64,000 nt of DNA from an uncultured beta proteobacterium (GCA_963773195.1 CAVZAE010000002.1:71821-135820), one strand, 5' to 3'. Shown: positions 44,467-54,461, counted from the first letter of the stretch. The notes: generated from the sequence alone by a model not told the origin. Numbers and translations are program-made.

Positions 44467-46221
44467 ATGACTGCCTTCCTGATCCAGAACATCGCGCCGC
44501 TCATGTTCGTCGCGCTGGTCGTGGTGCTGCTGATCGGCTACCCGGTTGCGTTCTCGCTGGCCGCGGTCGGCATCGTGTTCGGACTGCTCGGCATCGAGCT
44601 CGGACTCCTCCAACAGACGCTGTTCCAGGCGTTGCCTGAGCGCATCTGGGGCGTGATGTCGAACGACACCTTGCTGGCGGTGCCCTTCTTCACGTTCATG
44701 GGTCTCATCCTCGAACGAAGCGGGATGGCCGAGGACCTGCTCGACACGATCGGCCAGGTGTTCGGCCCCATTCGGGGCGGCCTCGCCTATGCGGTGATCT
44801 TCGTCGGCGCACTGCTCGCCGCGACGACGGGCGTCGTCGCCGCCTCCGTGATCTCGATGGGCCTGATCTCGCTGCCGATCATGCTGCGCTACGGCTACGA
44901 CCGGCGGCTCGCCTCGGGCGTGATCGCCGCGTCTGGGACCCTCGCCCAGATCATTCCGCCCTCGCTCGTGCTGATCATCATGGCCGACCAGCTCGGCCGC
45001 TCGGTCGGCGACATGTATGCGGGCGCGTTCATCCCCGGGCTCACCCTTGCCGTCCTCTACGCGCTTTACGTGATCACCACGTCGATCGTCAAGCCGGAGT
45101 GGGCGCCCGCACTGCCATTGGAGGCGCGGACGTTGCGCGAGCCGGACGGCTCGTCGGGCAATCGCTCGCTCCTGGTGCTGGCGATCCTGTCGTGCGCTGC
45201 GGCCGCCGCCTGGTGGTTCATCCACTACGAAAAATACAACCCAGACGTCGCGACCGACGAGCGGGTCGTCATCACGATGGCGGTGGGCATCGGTGTCGCC
45301 TTCGTCCTGGCCGTCATCAACAAGCTGCTGAAGCTGGGGTTGCTGTCGCGGATCGCCGAGCGGGTAACGTTCGTTCTGATCCCACCGCTCGCGCTGATCT
45401 TCCTCGTGCTGGGCACGATCTTCCTCGGTGTCGCAACGCCGACCGAAGGCGGCGCGATGGGCGCCACCGGCGCGCTGATCATGGCGCTCGCGCGGCGGCG
45501 ACTGTCGCTCTCGCTGCTCAGGCAGGCGATGAACACGACCGCGAAGCTTTCGACGTTCGTCGTCTTCATCCTGGTCGGTGCGCGCGTGTTCAGCCTCACG
45601 TTCTACGGCGTCAACGGCCACGTGTGGGTCGAGCACCTTCTCACGGCCCTTCCCGGTGGGCAGCTTGGCTTCCTGATCGTCGTCAATATCCTGATCTTCG
45701 TGCTCGCGTTCTTCCTCGACTTCTTCGAGCTGTCGTTCATCATCATCCCGCTGATCGGACCGGTTGCGGAGAAGCTCGGGGTCGACCTGATCTGGTTCGG
45801 CGTGCTGCTCGCCGTGAACATGCAGACATCGTTCATGCATCCGCCGTTCGGATTCGCGCTCTTCTATCTGCGCAGCGTCGCGCCCGCGAGGGAATATGTC
45901 GACCGGATCACCAAACGCCGTACTGCCCCTGTGACGACCGGGCAGATCTACTGGGGCGCGGTGCCGTTCGTGCTGATCCAGGTCCTGATGGTCGGACTGA
46001 TCATCGCGTTCCCGCGTCTGGTCTCCGGCGGACTTGCAGGGGCCGCCAAAGTCGACACCAAGAACATCCGGATCGAAGTCCCGGCGGAGGAAGCGACGCC
46101 AGGTGGCGGTAGCTCCGAGCAGGATGAGGCCACGAAGGCGCTCGAGAAGGAGCTTGGCGGCGGCGGGGATACCGCGCCGACCACCCCGGACGGCGGCAAG
46201 GCGCCCGAGCCCGGCAAGTAG
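44467..46221 (+). CDS. TRAP transporter large permease (DctM-like), long form
   Basis: 584 aa, polytopic. LAVPFFTFMGLILERSGMAEDLL...GGLAYAVIFVGALLAATTGVVAASV is the DctM signature region. Carries a Gly/Glu/Pro-rich C-terminal tail. Confidence 0.9.
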   Translation: MTAFLIQNIAPLMFVALVVVLLIGYPVAFSLAAVGIVFGLLGIELGLLQQTLFQALPERIWGVMSNDTLLAVPFFTFMGLILERSGMAEDLLDTIGQVFGPIRGGLAYAVIFVGALLAATTGVVAASVISMGLISLPIMLRYGYDRRLASGVIAASGTLAQIIPPSLVLIIMADQLGRSVGDMYAGAFIPGLTLAVLYALYVITTSIVKPEWAPALPLEARTLREPDGSSGNRSLLVLAILSCAAAAAWWFIHYEKYNPDVATDERVVITMAVGIGVAFVLAVINKLLKLGLLSRIAERVTFVLIPPLALIFLVLGTIFLGVATPTEGGAMGATGALIMALARRRLSLSLLRQAMNTTAKLSTFVVFILVGARVFSLTFYGVNGHVWVEHLLTALPGGQLGFLIVVNILIFVLAFFLDFFELSFIIIPLIGPVAEKLGVDLIWFGVLLAVNMQTSFMHPPFGFALFYLRSVAPAREYVDRITKRRTAPVTTGQIYWGAVPFVLIQVLMVGLIIAFPRLVSGGLAGAAKVDTKNIRIEVPAEEATPGGGSSEQDEATKALEKELGGGGDTAPTTPDGGKAPEPGK

Positions 46222-46248
46222 CGCGCCGGCGGCCGCCCCAATGAAAAC

Positions 46249-46278
46249 GGCGCGCCGGGCAAACTCGCCGGGCGCGCC
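46249..46278. terminator. Bidirectional terminator-like hairpin between the convergent TRAP permease and binding-protein genes
   Basis: GGCGCGCCGGGC-AAACTC-GCCGGGCGCGCC (12-bp stem, one mismatch), flanked by GAAAAC on the left. Confidence 0.5.
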
Positions 46279-46299
46279 GTCGCATGGATCGCGCTTACG

Positions 46300-47403
46300 T
46301 CAGGACTTCTTCGACGTTGCGAGTTTCTGTGCCGCGATCATGAAGTTATCGAAGCGGTTCTCGGCGACGGCGAACCATTCGACTTCGTCGCCGCGGAACT
46401 TCTTCCACGGACCCCAGATCTTGTTGAACTTCTCGTTCTTGGTCGCGATATCCTCGTACGTATCGACGGTCGCTTTGTAGCAGGCGGCCATGATGTCGTT
46501 CGAGAACGGCAGGAGCTTCACGCCGTTGGCGATCAGGCGCCGCAGCGCCTCGGGATTGACCGCGTCGTACTTCGCCATCATGTCGACGTTGGCCTCGTGG
46601 CAGGCCGCCTGCAGCATCGACTGGTACTCCTTCGGCAGATCGGCGTAGGCCTTGGTGTTCACGAACAGGTCGAGCTCCGGGCCGCCTTCCCACCAGCCGG
46701 GGTAGTAGTAGAACTTCGCCACCTTGTAGAAGCCCAGCTTCTCGTCGTCGTACGGACCGACCCATTCGGCCGCGTCGATCGTGCCCTTCTCGAGCGCCGG
46801 GTAGATCTCGCCGCCGGGAATCTGCTGCGGGACCACGCCGAGCTTGGTGAGCGGCAGACCGCCGGTGCCCCCGATCCGGAACTTGAGGCCCTTAAGATCC
46901 GCGACCGTCTTGATCTCCTTGCGGAACCAGCCGCCCATCTGCGCGCCGGTGTTGCCGGCGGGGAAGCTGACGATGTTGTATTCCTTGAGGAAATCGTTGT
47001 AGAGCTGCCGCCCGCCGCCGTGGTACATCCACGCGTTCTGCTGGCGGTTGTTCATCCCGAACGGGATCGCGCAGCCGAAGGCGAACGTCGGGTCCTTGCC
47101 GAAGAAGTAGTACGGCGCCGTATGCGCGCACTGCACCGTGGCGTTCTGCACGGCGTCGACGACGCCGAACGGGGGAACGATCTCGCCCCCGGCGAAGACC
47201 TGGATCTGGAACTTGCCGCCGGACGACGACGCGACGCGCTCGGAAATCGTCACTGCGCCGCCGAAGATGGTGTCGAGGCTCTTGGGGAAGCTCGACGCAA
47301 GGCGCCACTTGACCTCGGGCGCGCCCTGCGCGAACGCGGGCGCGGAACCGGCGGCGAGAATTCCGGCCAGCCCGGTGTGTTTCAGGAACGAACGACGCTG
47401 CAT
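46300..47403 (-). CDS. TRAP transporter substrate-binding protein (DctP-type) with Tat-like signal peptide
   Basis: Internal ATG (complement of 47401-47403) behind GGAGGAGG: MQRRSFLKHTGLAGILAAGSAPAFAQGAPEVKWRLASSFPKSLDTIFGG..., 367 aa. The track extension to 47517 was rejected. Confidence 0.9.
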   Translation of the reverse strand: MQRRSFLKHTGLAGILAAGSAPAFAQGAPEVKWRLASSFPKSLDTIFGGAVTISERVASSSGGKFQIQVFAGGEIVPPFGVVDAVQNATVQCAHTAPYYFFGKDPTFAFGCAIPFGMNNRQQNAWMYHGGGRQLYNDFLKEYNIVSFPAGNTGAQMGGWFRKEIKTVADLKGLKFRIGGTGGLPLTKLGVVPQQIPGGEIYPALEKGTIDAAEWVGPYDDEKLGFYKVAKFYYYPGWWEGGPELDLFVNTKAYADLPKEYQSMLQAACHEANVDMMAKYDAVNPEALRRLIANGVKLLPFSNDIMAACYKATVDTYEDIATKNEKFNKIWGPWKKFRGDEVEWFAVAENRFDNFMIAAQKLATSKKS

Positions 47404-47558
47404 CTTCAACCTCCTCCAAGTTTGAGATGGACTGCCGGCGGGCTCGGTGCGCCCGCCTCTCGAATCCGGACGGATTCTAACGGAATTCGATTGCCGGCCG
47501 CCCTGGACCCGAACCACTCTGCCGCGCCCGACTTAAGGCCGACTTAAGGGTCCCGGGC

Positions 47559-49187
47559 TCAGGGCGTCAACTTGCGCACGGCGCTGAACAGCGCCCAAGC
47601 CCAGCCCGCCTGCCGCTCGAGCGTCTGGGTGAAGCGGATCAGGTAGCGGGCGCTCCCGGTGTCGAGCTCGACCATGCCGCCCGGCACGAACCGGTCGTCC
47701 GGACCGATGAGGCTACGTTGGGACGCCTGCCGGTTGTCCGGGTGCGCGGGGAGGTAGAGGCCAAAGAAGGGACGCTCGGCGCCTGGCTGACCTGACGCGG
47801 CGGGGGCGATCCAAGGCCGCAGCAGTACCCGCACGAGCCGGCGCGCAATGATCTCGACTCCCACCGTCACTTCGTCGACCTGGTGGCGCTGCATCCGCCG
47901 CACGACCGCGACCGACCAGGCATCGCCTTCCCGAATGGCGACGATTTCGCCCAGCTTCGCCGGCGCCTCTTTGATCGGCGCGACGAGGCGCCAGCCCGAA
48001 TCGCTGCGATCCGCCATCTTCCACGTCGTGCCGTGAATCCGCCGCGCGACCGATTCGGGATTCACGGACGGGTTCACCATCTGCGTGACCTCGTCGTAGC
48101 TCGCGATCACGGCCGGTGTGCGCGCAGCTTCGGGCAGCCGCTCGATCTCGGCGACGGCTCGGGTGAGCGCCTGCAAGCCGATCACGACGCGCACGTCGCC
48201 GTCCGAGTTCACGCGCGGCGAGCGTGGCGCGTGTGCGATCGCTTCCGGGCCGAACAGCGATGCAAGGCGCATGAGCAGAAGGCGCTGCTCGCGCGCCGGC
48301 AGGTCGCCCGGCTTCGCTACGTCATCCTGCTCGGGCAGCCAGCGCATCCGTTCGACGATACGCGTGTAGGCCGGACTCGAATCCAGAAACAGGATCCGGC
48401 CGCCGGAGTGTGGGCGGTCGAGCCTCCGCAGGCCTTGCGTTCCCGTCAGGTCGACCAGGAACGTAGCGCCGGCCCCCGGCGGCGGCACGAGCGTCAGCGA
48501 GGGAGCCCAATCCTCGAGCTGTTTCGCAACCCACTCGACCTGGTCGGGGGTGAAGTTGCCGGAATCGAGGCGCATGAGCAGGAGCGTCTTCAGATATTCG
48601 CCTTCAAGATAGACGCCGGGGCGCGAGAACGTTCCCGCGCCGAACACGAGCTGCTCTCGCTGCCAGCCGCGCATCCGCGCGAATTCGTAGAGCTCGTGGA
48701 ATTCGCGCCACTGTGCGGGAATCCAGTGTCCGTAACGGAACAGCCGGTACTTGCCGTCGATGCCCTTGAAGTGCGCGAGCCGTACGAGTACCCAAGGCAG
48801 CACCGCACGCCAGCGCCGGTTGTCCGCGCGCGGGTAGCCGGCCTTGAGGCTCAGTTGATAGGCGGCCGTGAACGCCTTGACGAGATCGAACACGGCGTGC
48901 CACAGCCGCGACTCGACACCCGTGCTCTTCTGGTAATTCGTCGTGTACTGCTGCGTGAGCTGCGAGATGACCGGCTCGAGGCGCGCATCGATCCGCAGCA
49001 ACGCCTCGACCTGCCCCGGCCCGACTTCGCGCCGCGCTCCGGGGAATTCGGCGACGAGCTCCTGCGCCTCTTTCTGGACCGACAGGGCGTCGGTCGCGGG
49101 CAGCGCCGCAATCCATCGCGCCGCCGTATGGGCGTTGCGAAAAGGATCGTTGAGCGTGCGGATGAAATTGACGACGGGCCTGAGCAT
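47559..49187 (-). CDS. Conserved-looking hypothetical protein, 542 aa, no family recognised
   Basis: Long uninterrupted ORF with coding-like composition, 28 nt downstream of and co-directional with pmbA. No signal peptide or TM segment is evident. Only weak PilZ-like hints in the C-terminal third (see findings). Confidence 0.7.
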   Translation of the reverse strand: MLRPVVNFIRTLNDPFRNAHTAARWIAALPATDALSVQKEAQELVAEFPGARREVGPGQVEALLRIDARLEPVISQLTQQYTTNYQKSTGVESRLWHAVFDLVKAFTAAYQLSLKAGYPRADNRRWRAVLPWVLVRLAHFKGIDGKYRLFRYGHWIPAQWREFHELYEFARMRGWQREQLVFGAGTFSRPGVYLEGEYLKTLLLMRLDSGNFTPDQVEWVAKQLEDWAPSLTLVPPPGAGATFLVDLTGTQGLRRLDRPHSGGRILFLDSSPAYTRIVERMRWLPEQDDVAKPGDLPAREQRLLLMRLASLFGPEAIAHAPRSPRVNSDGDVRVVIGLQALTRAVAEIERLPEAARTPAVIASYDEVTQMVNPSVNPESVARRIHGTTWKMADRSDSGWRLVAPIKEAPAKLGEIVAIREGDAWSVAVVRRMQRHQVDEVTVGVEIIARRLVRVLLRPWIAPAASGQPGAERPFFGLYLPAHPDNRQASQRSLIGPDDRFVPGGMVELDTGSARYLIRFTQTLERQAGWAWALFSAVRKLTP

Positions 49188-49215
49188 GGGCGTCGCGGGT
49201 GTCCGGCGGTCCCCG

Positions 49216-50622
49216 TCAGGCGCCTGCGACCGTCATGCGGCCAACCAGGATCGACCCGGTGTGCCGCGAGCTGCGGCGATCGACATCGGCACCGACGGCT
49301 TCGATGTCGCGGAACATCTGCTTCAGGTTGCCCGCGATCGTGATCTCTTCCACCGGAAACGCAATCTCGCCGCCCTCGATCCAGAACCCGGCGGCCCCGC
49401 GCGAGTAGTCGCCGGTCACCGAGTTGATACCGTGCCCGAGCTGCTCGGTCACGAGCAGCCCACGACCCATGCGCCGGAGCAACGCCGCGAAGTCGTCCGC
49501 GCCGGGGACGACGACGAGGTTGTGGCAGCCGCCTGCGTTGCCGGTGGTTTCCATCCCGAGCTTGCGCGCGGAGTAGCTGCCGAGGAAGTAGCCCTGGAGC
49601 ACGCCGTCGCGCACCACGTCGCGCGGGGTCGTGGCCACGCCCTCGTTATCGAACGGCGTGCTGCCGCGTGCGCGCAGGAGGTGCGGCTCCTCTCGGATCG
49701 ACACGCGCGGCGCGAAGACCAGGGTCCCCAGCGAATCGGGCAGGAACGTCGACTTCCTGTAAAGCGCGCCGCCGGATACGGCGCCGACGAAGAACCCGAT
49801 CAGGTCCGCAGCTTCCGGGGCCTCGAACACGACGGGACATTCCTGTGTGGGAAGCTGGCGCGCGCCGAGCCGGCTGGCGGTGCGCTGGCCAGCGATGCGT
49901 CCGACGACATCGGCGGATTCGAGATCGCTCGCAGCCCGCGCCGCCGTGTACCAGTAGTCGCGCTGCATCGCGCCATCGCCCGAGTCGCCGATCACCGAGC
50001 AATCGACGTGATGCCGCGAGCTTCGATAGCCGTGGCAGAAGCCGTTCGAATTGGCATAGACGAACTCGGATTCATTCCGCGCGACCGTCGATCCTTCGCT
50101 GTTGACGAGCCTCCGATCGACTGCGAGCGCCGCAGCCTCGGCGACGCGGCCCATCTCGATCGCAGCGGCGACGGTCACGTCCCAAGGGTGGTAGAGATCG
50201 AGATCGGGAAAGGTGCACGCGAGGCGATTGGGGTCGGCGAGCCCTGCGGCCGGATCCTGCGCGGTGTGCCGCGCGATCGAGAGCGCCTTCGCGACCGCGG
50301 CTTCGACCGCTTCGGGTGCGAAGTCGGCCGTGCTCGCGTGCCCCCGGCGCTGGCCGATGAAGACGGTGACGCCGATGCCCTTGTCGCGGTTGTAGGCGAT
50401 GGTCTCGACTTCGCCGTTGCGCACGGTGACGCTTTGCCCGATGGCCTGCGAGACCTCCGTCTCCGCCGACGTCGCGCCGCCGGCGCGCGCCGCGGCGAGC
50501 GTCGCGGCCGCGAGGCGCTCGAGCTCGGCCGTCGGCAACGGAAAGCGCTCGCGAGCGCCCGGCGTGCCGTGCCGCGGGGGCGCGGGTGTGAGCGGAGTGG
50601 TGGCGGGAAGCGTGGCAGTCAT
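49216..50622 (-). CDS. pmbA: Metalloprotease PmbA (TldE)
   Basis: 468 aa: ...VSQAIGQSVTVRNGEVETIAYNRDKGIGVTVF...PFDNEGVATTPRDVVRDGVLQGYFL...VTGDYSRGAAGFWIEGGEIAFPVEEITIAGNL is the PmbA/TldD fold. Confidence 0.92.
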   Translation of the reverse strand: MTATLPATTPLTPAPPRHGTPGARERFPLPTAELERLAAATLAAARAGGATSAETEVSQAIGQSVTVRNGEVETIAYNRDKGIGVTVFIGQRRGHASTADFAPEAVEAAVAKALSIARHTAQDPAAGLADPNRLACTFPDLDLYHPWDVTVAAAIEMGRVAEAAALAVDRRLVNSEGSTVARNESEFVYANSNGFCHGYRSSRHHVDCSVIGDSGDGAMQRDYWYTAARAASDLESADVVGRIAGQRTASRLGARQLPTQECPVVFEAPEAADLIGFFVGAVSGGALYRKSTFLPDSLGTLVFAPRVSIREEPHLLRARGSTPFDNEGVATTPRDVVRDGVLQGYFLGSYSARKLGMETTGNAGGCHNLVVVPGADDFAALLRRMGRGLLVTEQLGHGINSVTGDYSRGAAGFWIEGGEIAFPVEEITIAGNLKQMFRDIEAVGADVDRRSSRHTGSILVGRMTVAGA

Positions 50623-50761
50623 CGACGGGACGGCGGCTGGGGGACCGGCCGCGCAAGTCGTCCGTGCGACCCGCGTTCGGCAAGGCGTCGGCTATCATAA
50701 CAAAGGGGCAGAGACCCCTCGCCGCCGCGCCCTGCATTCCCGTCCCTAATCCGCCAGAACG

Positions 50762-51328
50762 ATGCCCCGGCCCGACGAACTGCATCGAGCGCGCCCGAGC
50801 ACCGCACCGGGCCAGCCGGGCGAGCTGTCCGACGCGCCCTCACCGTCGAAGACTCAGGTCAAGCGCGAGATGCATGCGCTGCAACATCTGGGCGAGGAGC
50901 TGGTCAGGCTCGACGTTGCCCGCTTCGCGACGCTCGCCCGTGAAGCAGCGCTATCGGAGCGCCTCGTCGATGCCGTGGCCGCGGCGCGCACGATCACGGC
51001 GTGGGGCGCGCGCAAGCGGCAGCTGCAGTTCATCGGCAAGCTCATGCGCGAGCAGGATCCGGCACCGATCCGGCGACGGCTTGACTTGTGGGCGCAAGGG
51101 CACGACGCCGATACCGCGCGCCAGCGCGAGCTCGAGCACTGGCGCGATCGATTGCTGGACGAGCCCGATGCGCAGGAGGCGCTCGCGACCGAATATCCGC
51201 ACGTCGATCGCTCCCGGCTGCGCTCGCTCGTCGCGCGCGCCCAGGAGGAGAAGAGCCACGGCGGGCCGCCGCACGCGTACCGCGAGCTCTATCGGATGTT
51301 GAAAGCGCTGGCGGCGGAGGCGGAATGA
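50762..51328 (+). CDS. yjgA: Ribosome-associated protein YjgA (DUF615)
   Basis: 188 aa: PSKTQVKREMHALQHLGEELVRL...KRQLQFIGKLMRE...HAYRELYRMLK. Divergent from pmbA, as in many proteobacteria. Confidence 0.85.
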   Translation: MPRPDELHRARPSTAPGQPGELSDAPSPSKTQVKREMHALQHLGEELVRLDVARFATLAREAALSERLVDAVAAARTITAWGARKRQLQFIGKLMREQDPAPIRRRLDLWAQGHDADTARQRELEHWRDRLLDEPDAQEALATEYPHVDRSRLRSLVARAQEEKSHGGPPHAYRELYRMLKALAAEAE

Positions 51329-51888
51329 CGTCCGACCCGGCGCAGGACATGCTGCTGATCGGCCTCGTCTCGATCTCGGACCGGGCGTCGGCCGGCGTCT
51401 ACGAGGACAAGGGACTGCCCGGGCTCCTCGAATGGTTCGGCGCAGCGCTCGCCTCTCCCTGGCGCACCGAGACGCGGCTCATCGCCGACGAACAGCCGGT
51501 GATCGAGCGCACGCTGATCGAGCTCGTCGACCTGGTCGGTTGCCATCTCGTGTGCACGACCGGCGGCACTGGTCCGGCACCCCGCGACGTGACTCCCGAG
51601 GCGACGTTGGCGGTCGCGCACAAGGTGCTACCCGGCTTCGGAGAGCAGATGCGACAGGCGAGCCTCAAGTACGTGCCGACCGCCATCCTGTCCCGGCAGA
51701 TGGGGGTCGTCCGCGGCCGCGCGCTGATCCTCAATCTTCCCGGCCAGCCGAAAGCGATCAAGGAGACGCTGGACGGTGTCTTTCCGGCCGTGCCGTACTG
51801 CATTGATCTGATCGGCGGCCCGTACATCGAAACGCACGAGACGGTCTGCAAAGTGTTTCGGCCGAAGTCGGCGCTGCGCGCCAAGTAG
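51325..51888 (+). CDS. mog: Molybdopterin adenylyltransferase Mog
   Basis: ATG at 51325 overlaps the yjgA TGA. IGLVSISDRASAGVYEDKGLPGL...LVCTTGGTGPAPRDVTPEAT...LPGFGEQMR...LNLPGQPKAI is the MogA/MoaB domain. Confidence 0.9.
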   Translation: MTSDPAQDMLLIGLVSISDRASAGVYEDKGLPGLLEWFGAALASPWRTETRLIADEQPVIERTLIELVDLVGCHLVCTTGGTGPAPRDVTPEATLAVAHKVLPGFGEQMRQASLKYVPTAILSRQMGVVRGRALILNLPGQPKAIKETLDGVFPAVPYCIDLIGGPYIETHETVCKVFRPKSALRAK

Positions 51889-51889
51889 C

Positions 51890-52798
51890 GTGGCCCGCTC
51901 CGACCCGGGCGAAGCGCGGCGAGTGACCGGCATCGTCTGCGTCGTCGCGTCGGCGGCGGCGTTCGGAACGATGGCGATCGTCGCGCGCATCGCATATGGC
52001 AGCGGCATCGACACGCCCACGCTCCTCGCGCTGCGCTTCGCGATCGCGGCGGCAGCGATGCTCGCCATCGCGTTCGTGCGCCACACCCCGCTGCCGCGCG
52101 GGTCGGCGCTCGGCGGCGTCGTGCTGCTGGGCGCGGTCGGCTATGGCGGCCAGGCGTTCTCGTTCTTCACCGCGCTCACGTTGATCCCCGCCGGGATCGT
52201 CGCCTTGCTCCTTTACCTGCATCCGGCGCTGGTCGCACTCCTGTCCGCCCTGGTCCTCCACGAGCGGTTGACGCCCGTCAAGCAGGCAGCGCTTGCCGTG
52301 GCACTCGTCGGGACCGTGCTGACCGTCGCGCCGGCGCTGGACGGCCCCACCGCGGCGCAGTCCGGTAGCCGTGTCGTGGCCGGGATCGCGTTCGCGGTCG
52401 CTGCCGCGGTCTTCTACTCGTTCTACATCATCGCGGCCGCATGGCTCGGACGACGCGTCGCCGCGCAGCCGATGAGCACGGTGGTCATCGCGAGCGCAGC
52501 CGCGGTCTTCGTCGCGGCGGCGCTGGTTCGGGGGCCCGCGTGGCCACAATCGACCGCGGGCTGGCTCGCCGTGCTCGCCATCGCGCTCGTGTCGACCGTT
52601 GCGGCCATCACGCTCTATTTCGCCGGCCTCGAGCGGGTGGGGCCGACACGCGCGGCCACGCTTTCCACGCTGGAGCCTGTCGTCACGGTCACGCTCGCGG
52701 CACTTGTCCTGGGCGAAGCGATCGCGCCGATGCAGATCGCAGGCGGTGCGCTGATCCTGATCGCCGTTGCTCTCATCGCCAGGAGCCCGCAGGGGTAG
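51890..52798 (+). CDS. EamA/DMT-family transporter
   Basis: 302 aa, GTG start 2 nt after the mog stop. Ten hydrophobic segments in two EamA-like halves. Confidence 0.85.
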   Translation: MARSDPGEARRVTGIVCVVASAAAFGTMAIVARIAYGSGIDTPTLLALRFAIAAAAMLAIAFVRHTPLPRGSALGGVVLLGAVGYGGQAFSFFTALTLIPAGIVALLLYLHPALVALLSALVLHERLTPVKQAALAVALVGTVLTVAPALDGPTAAQSGSRVVAGIAFAVAAAVFYSFYIIAAAWLGRRVAAQPMSTVVIASAAAVFVAAALVRGPAWPQSTAGWLAVLAIALVSTVAAITLYFAGLERVGPTRAATLSTLEPVVTVTLAALVLGEAIAPMQIAGGALILIAVALIARSPQG

Positions 52799-52825
52799 GA
52801 TCTAGGGCCAGGATCGCGGGCCGCC

Positions 52826-54454
52826 ATGGACACGCCGTTTCCGAACCAGCCGTCGCCCTACGCCGATCGCAACCTGTACGAGGACGATCTCGCGTTGCAG
52901 GAGGCGCTCGCGCGCGAAGGCGGCGCGTGGGCCACGGCGGCGGTGGGCGAGTGGGGGGCGACGCTGGGACGCGCGGAAACGCTTGCGCTGGGCGACGCCG
53001 CCAACCGCCATCCGCCTGAGCTCGCGAACTACGATGCGCGGGGCGAGCGCATCGACGCCGTGACGTTCCATCCGTCGTGGCACGAGATCATGCGCCTCGC
53101 TACCGCGGCAGGTGTTCATTGCAACCCCTGGCTCGATCCGCGCCCCGGGGCGCAGGTCGCTCGCGCGGCGCTCGTCCATCTGCACGCGCAGGCGGAAAAC
53201 GGCACGCAATGCCCGCTCACGATGACGTATGCGTGCGTCCCGGTACTGCGCCGCGCGAGCGGCGTCGCCGCCGACTGGCTGCCGAAGATCCTCGTACGCG
53301 ACTACGATCCGCGCGAACGCCCGCTTCACGCGAAGCGCGCGGCACTGCTGGGCATGGGGATGACCGAGCGCCAGGGCGGCTCGGATGTTCGCAGCAACCG
53401 CACGCGCGCCGCGCGCGACGCCGACGGGACTGTTCGCATCACCGGCCACAAGTGGTTTTTCTCCGCGCCGCAGTGCGACGCGCACCTCGTGCTTGCACAG
53501 GAAGGCGCCGGCCTTTCGTGCTTTCTCGTTCCGCGACAAGTTCCGGACGGCACGCGCAACGCGATCAGGATCAATCGGCTGAAGGACAAACTCGGCAACC
53601 GCTCGAACGCCTCGGCCGAGGTCGAGCTCGACGGCGCGCTCGCGTGGCCCGTCGGCGAGGCGGGACGCGGCATCGCGACGATCATCGAGATGGTGCAGCA
53701 CACACGGCTCGACTGTGTGCTCGCCACCGCGGGCATGATGCGCGCGGCGGTGGCGCGCGCGATCCATCATGCGCGCCACCGCGTCGCGTTCGGCGACACG
53801 CTCGCAGCGCAGCCGCTGATGACCGAGGTGCTCGCCGATCTCGCGCTCGAAAGCGAGGCAGCGACGGCGCTGGCGCTGCGGCTCGCCCGCGCCTACGACG
53901 CGCCGGAGGGCCACGCCGATCGCTCGTTCGCGCGGTTGCTCACGCCCGCCGCGAAGTTCTGGGTGTGCAAGCGCGGCCCGGTGCTCGCCGCCGAGGCGAT
54001 GGAGGTGCTCGGCGGCAACGGCTATGTCGAAGAGTCCGGGCTGCCGCGGCTCTACCGCGAGATGCCCGTCAACTCGATCTGGGAAGGGTCGGGCAACGTG
54101 ATGTGCCTCGACGTCGTGCGTGCGCTCGCGCGCGAGCCCGAAGGGATCGCGGCCCTGAGCGCGTTGATGGCGGAAGCGCGGGGCGTGCATCCCGCATTCG
54201 ACGCCTTCGCCTCGGAACTGGCCATGGAGCTCGCCGACATCGGCGACGATCCGGCATCGGGACGGCGCCTCGCCCAAGGCATCGCCACCGGCGTTGCCGC
54301 AGCGCTGCTGCTGCGCCACGCCCCCTCGGCCGTCGCATCGGCGTTCTGCGCCACGCGTCTCGCGTCGCATCCGTTCGGCGGCGGCGCGTTCGGCGCGCTG
54401 CCCGGCGGCCACGGCATCGCGGGGGCGATCGTCGCGCGCGCGTTGCCGGGTTGA
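52826..54454 (+). CDS. AidB-like acyl-CoA dehydrogenase family protein
   Basis: 542 aa: MDTPFPNQPSPYADRNLYEDDLALQEAL...HPSWHEIM...GMGMTERQGGSDVRSN...HKWFFSAPQCDAHLVLAQ...NSIWEGSGNVMCLDVVRA is the AidB N-terminal and ACAD pattern. Confidence 0.85.
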   Translation: MDTPFPNQPSPYADRNLYEDDLALQEALAREGGAWATAAVGEWGATLGRAETLALGDAANRHPPELANYDARGERIDAVTFHPSWHEIMRLATAAGVHCNPWLDPRPGAQVARAALVHLHAQAENGTQCPLTMTYACVPVLRRASGVAADWLPKILVRDYDPRERPLHAKRAALLGMGMTERQGGSDVRSNRTRAARDADGTVRITGHKWFFSAPQCDAHLVLAQEGAGLSCFLVPRQVPDGTRNAIRINRLKDKLGNRSNASAEVELDGALAWPVGEAGRGIATIIEMVQHTRLDCVLATAGMMRAAVARAIHHARHRVAFGDTLAAQPLMTEVLADLALESEAATALALRLARAYDAPEGHADRSFARLLTPAAKFWVCKRGPVLAAEAMEVLGGNGYVEESGLPRLYREMPVNSIWEGSGNVMCLDVVRALAREPEGIAALSALMAEARGVHPAFDAFASELAMELADIGDDPASGRRLAQGIATGVAAALLLRHAPSAVASAFCATRLASHPFGGGAFGALPGGHGIAGAIVARALPG

Positions 54455-54461
54455 CGCGCGG

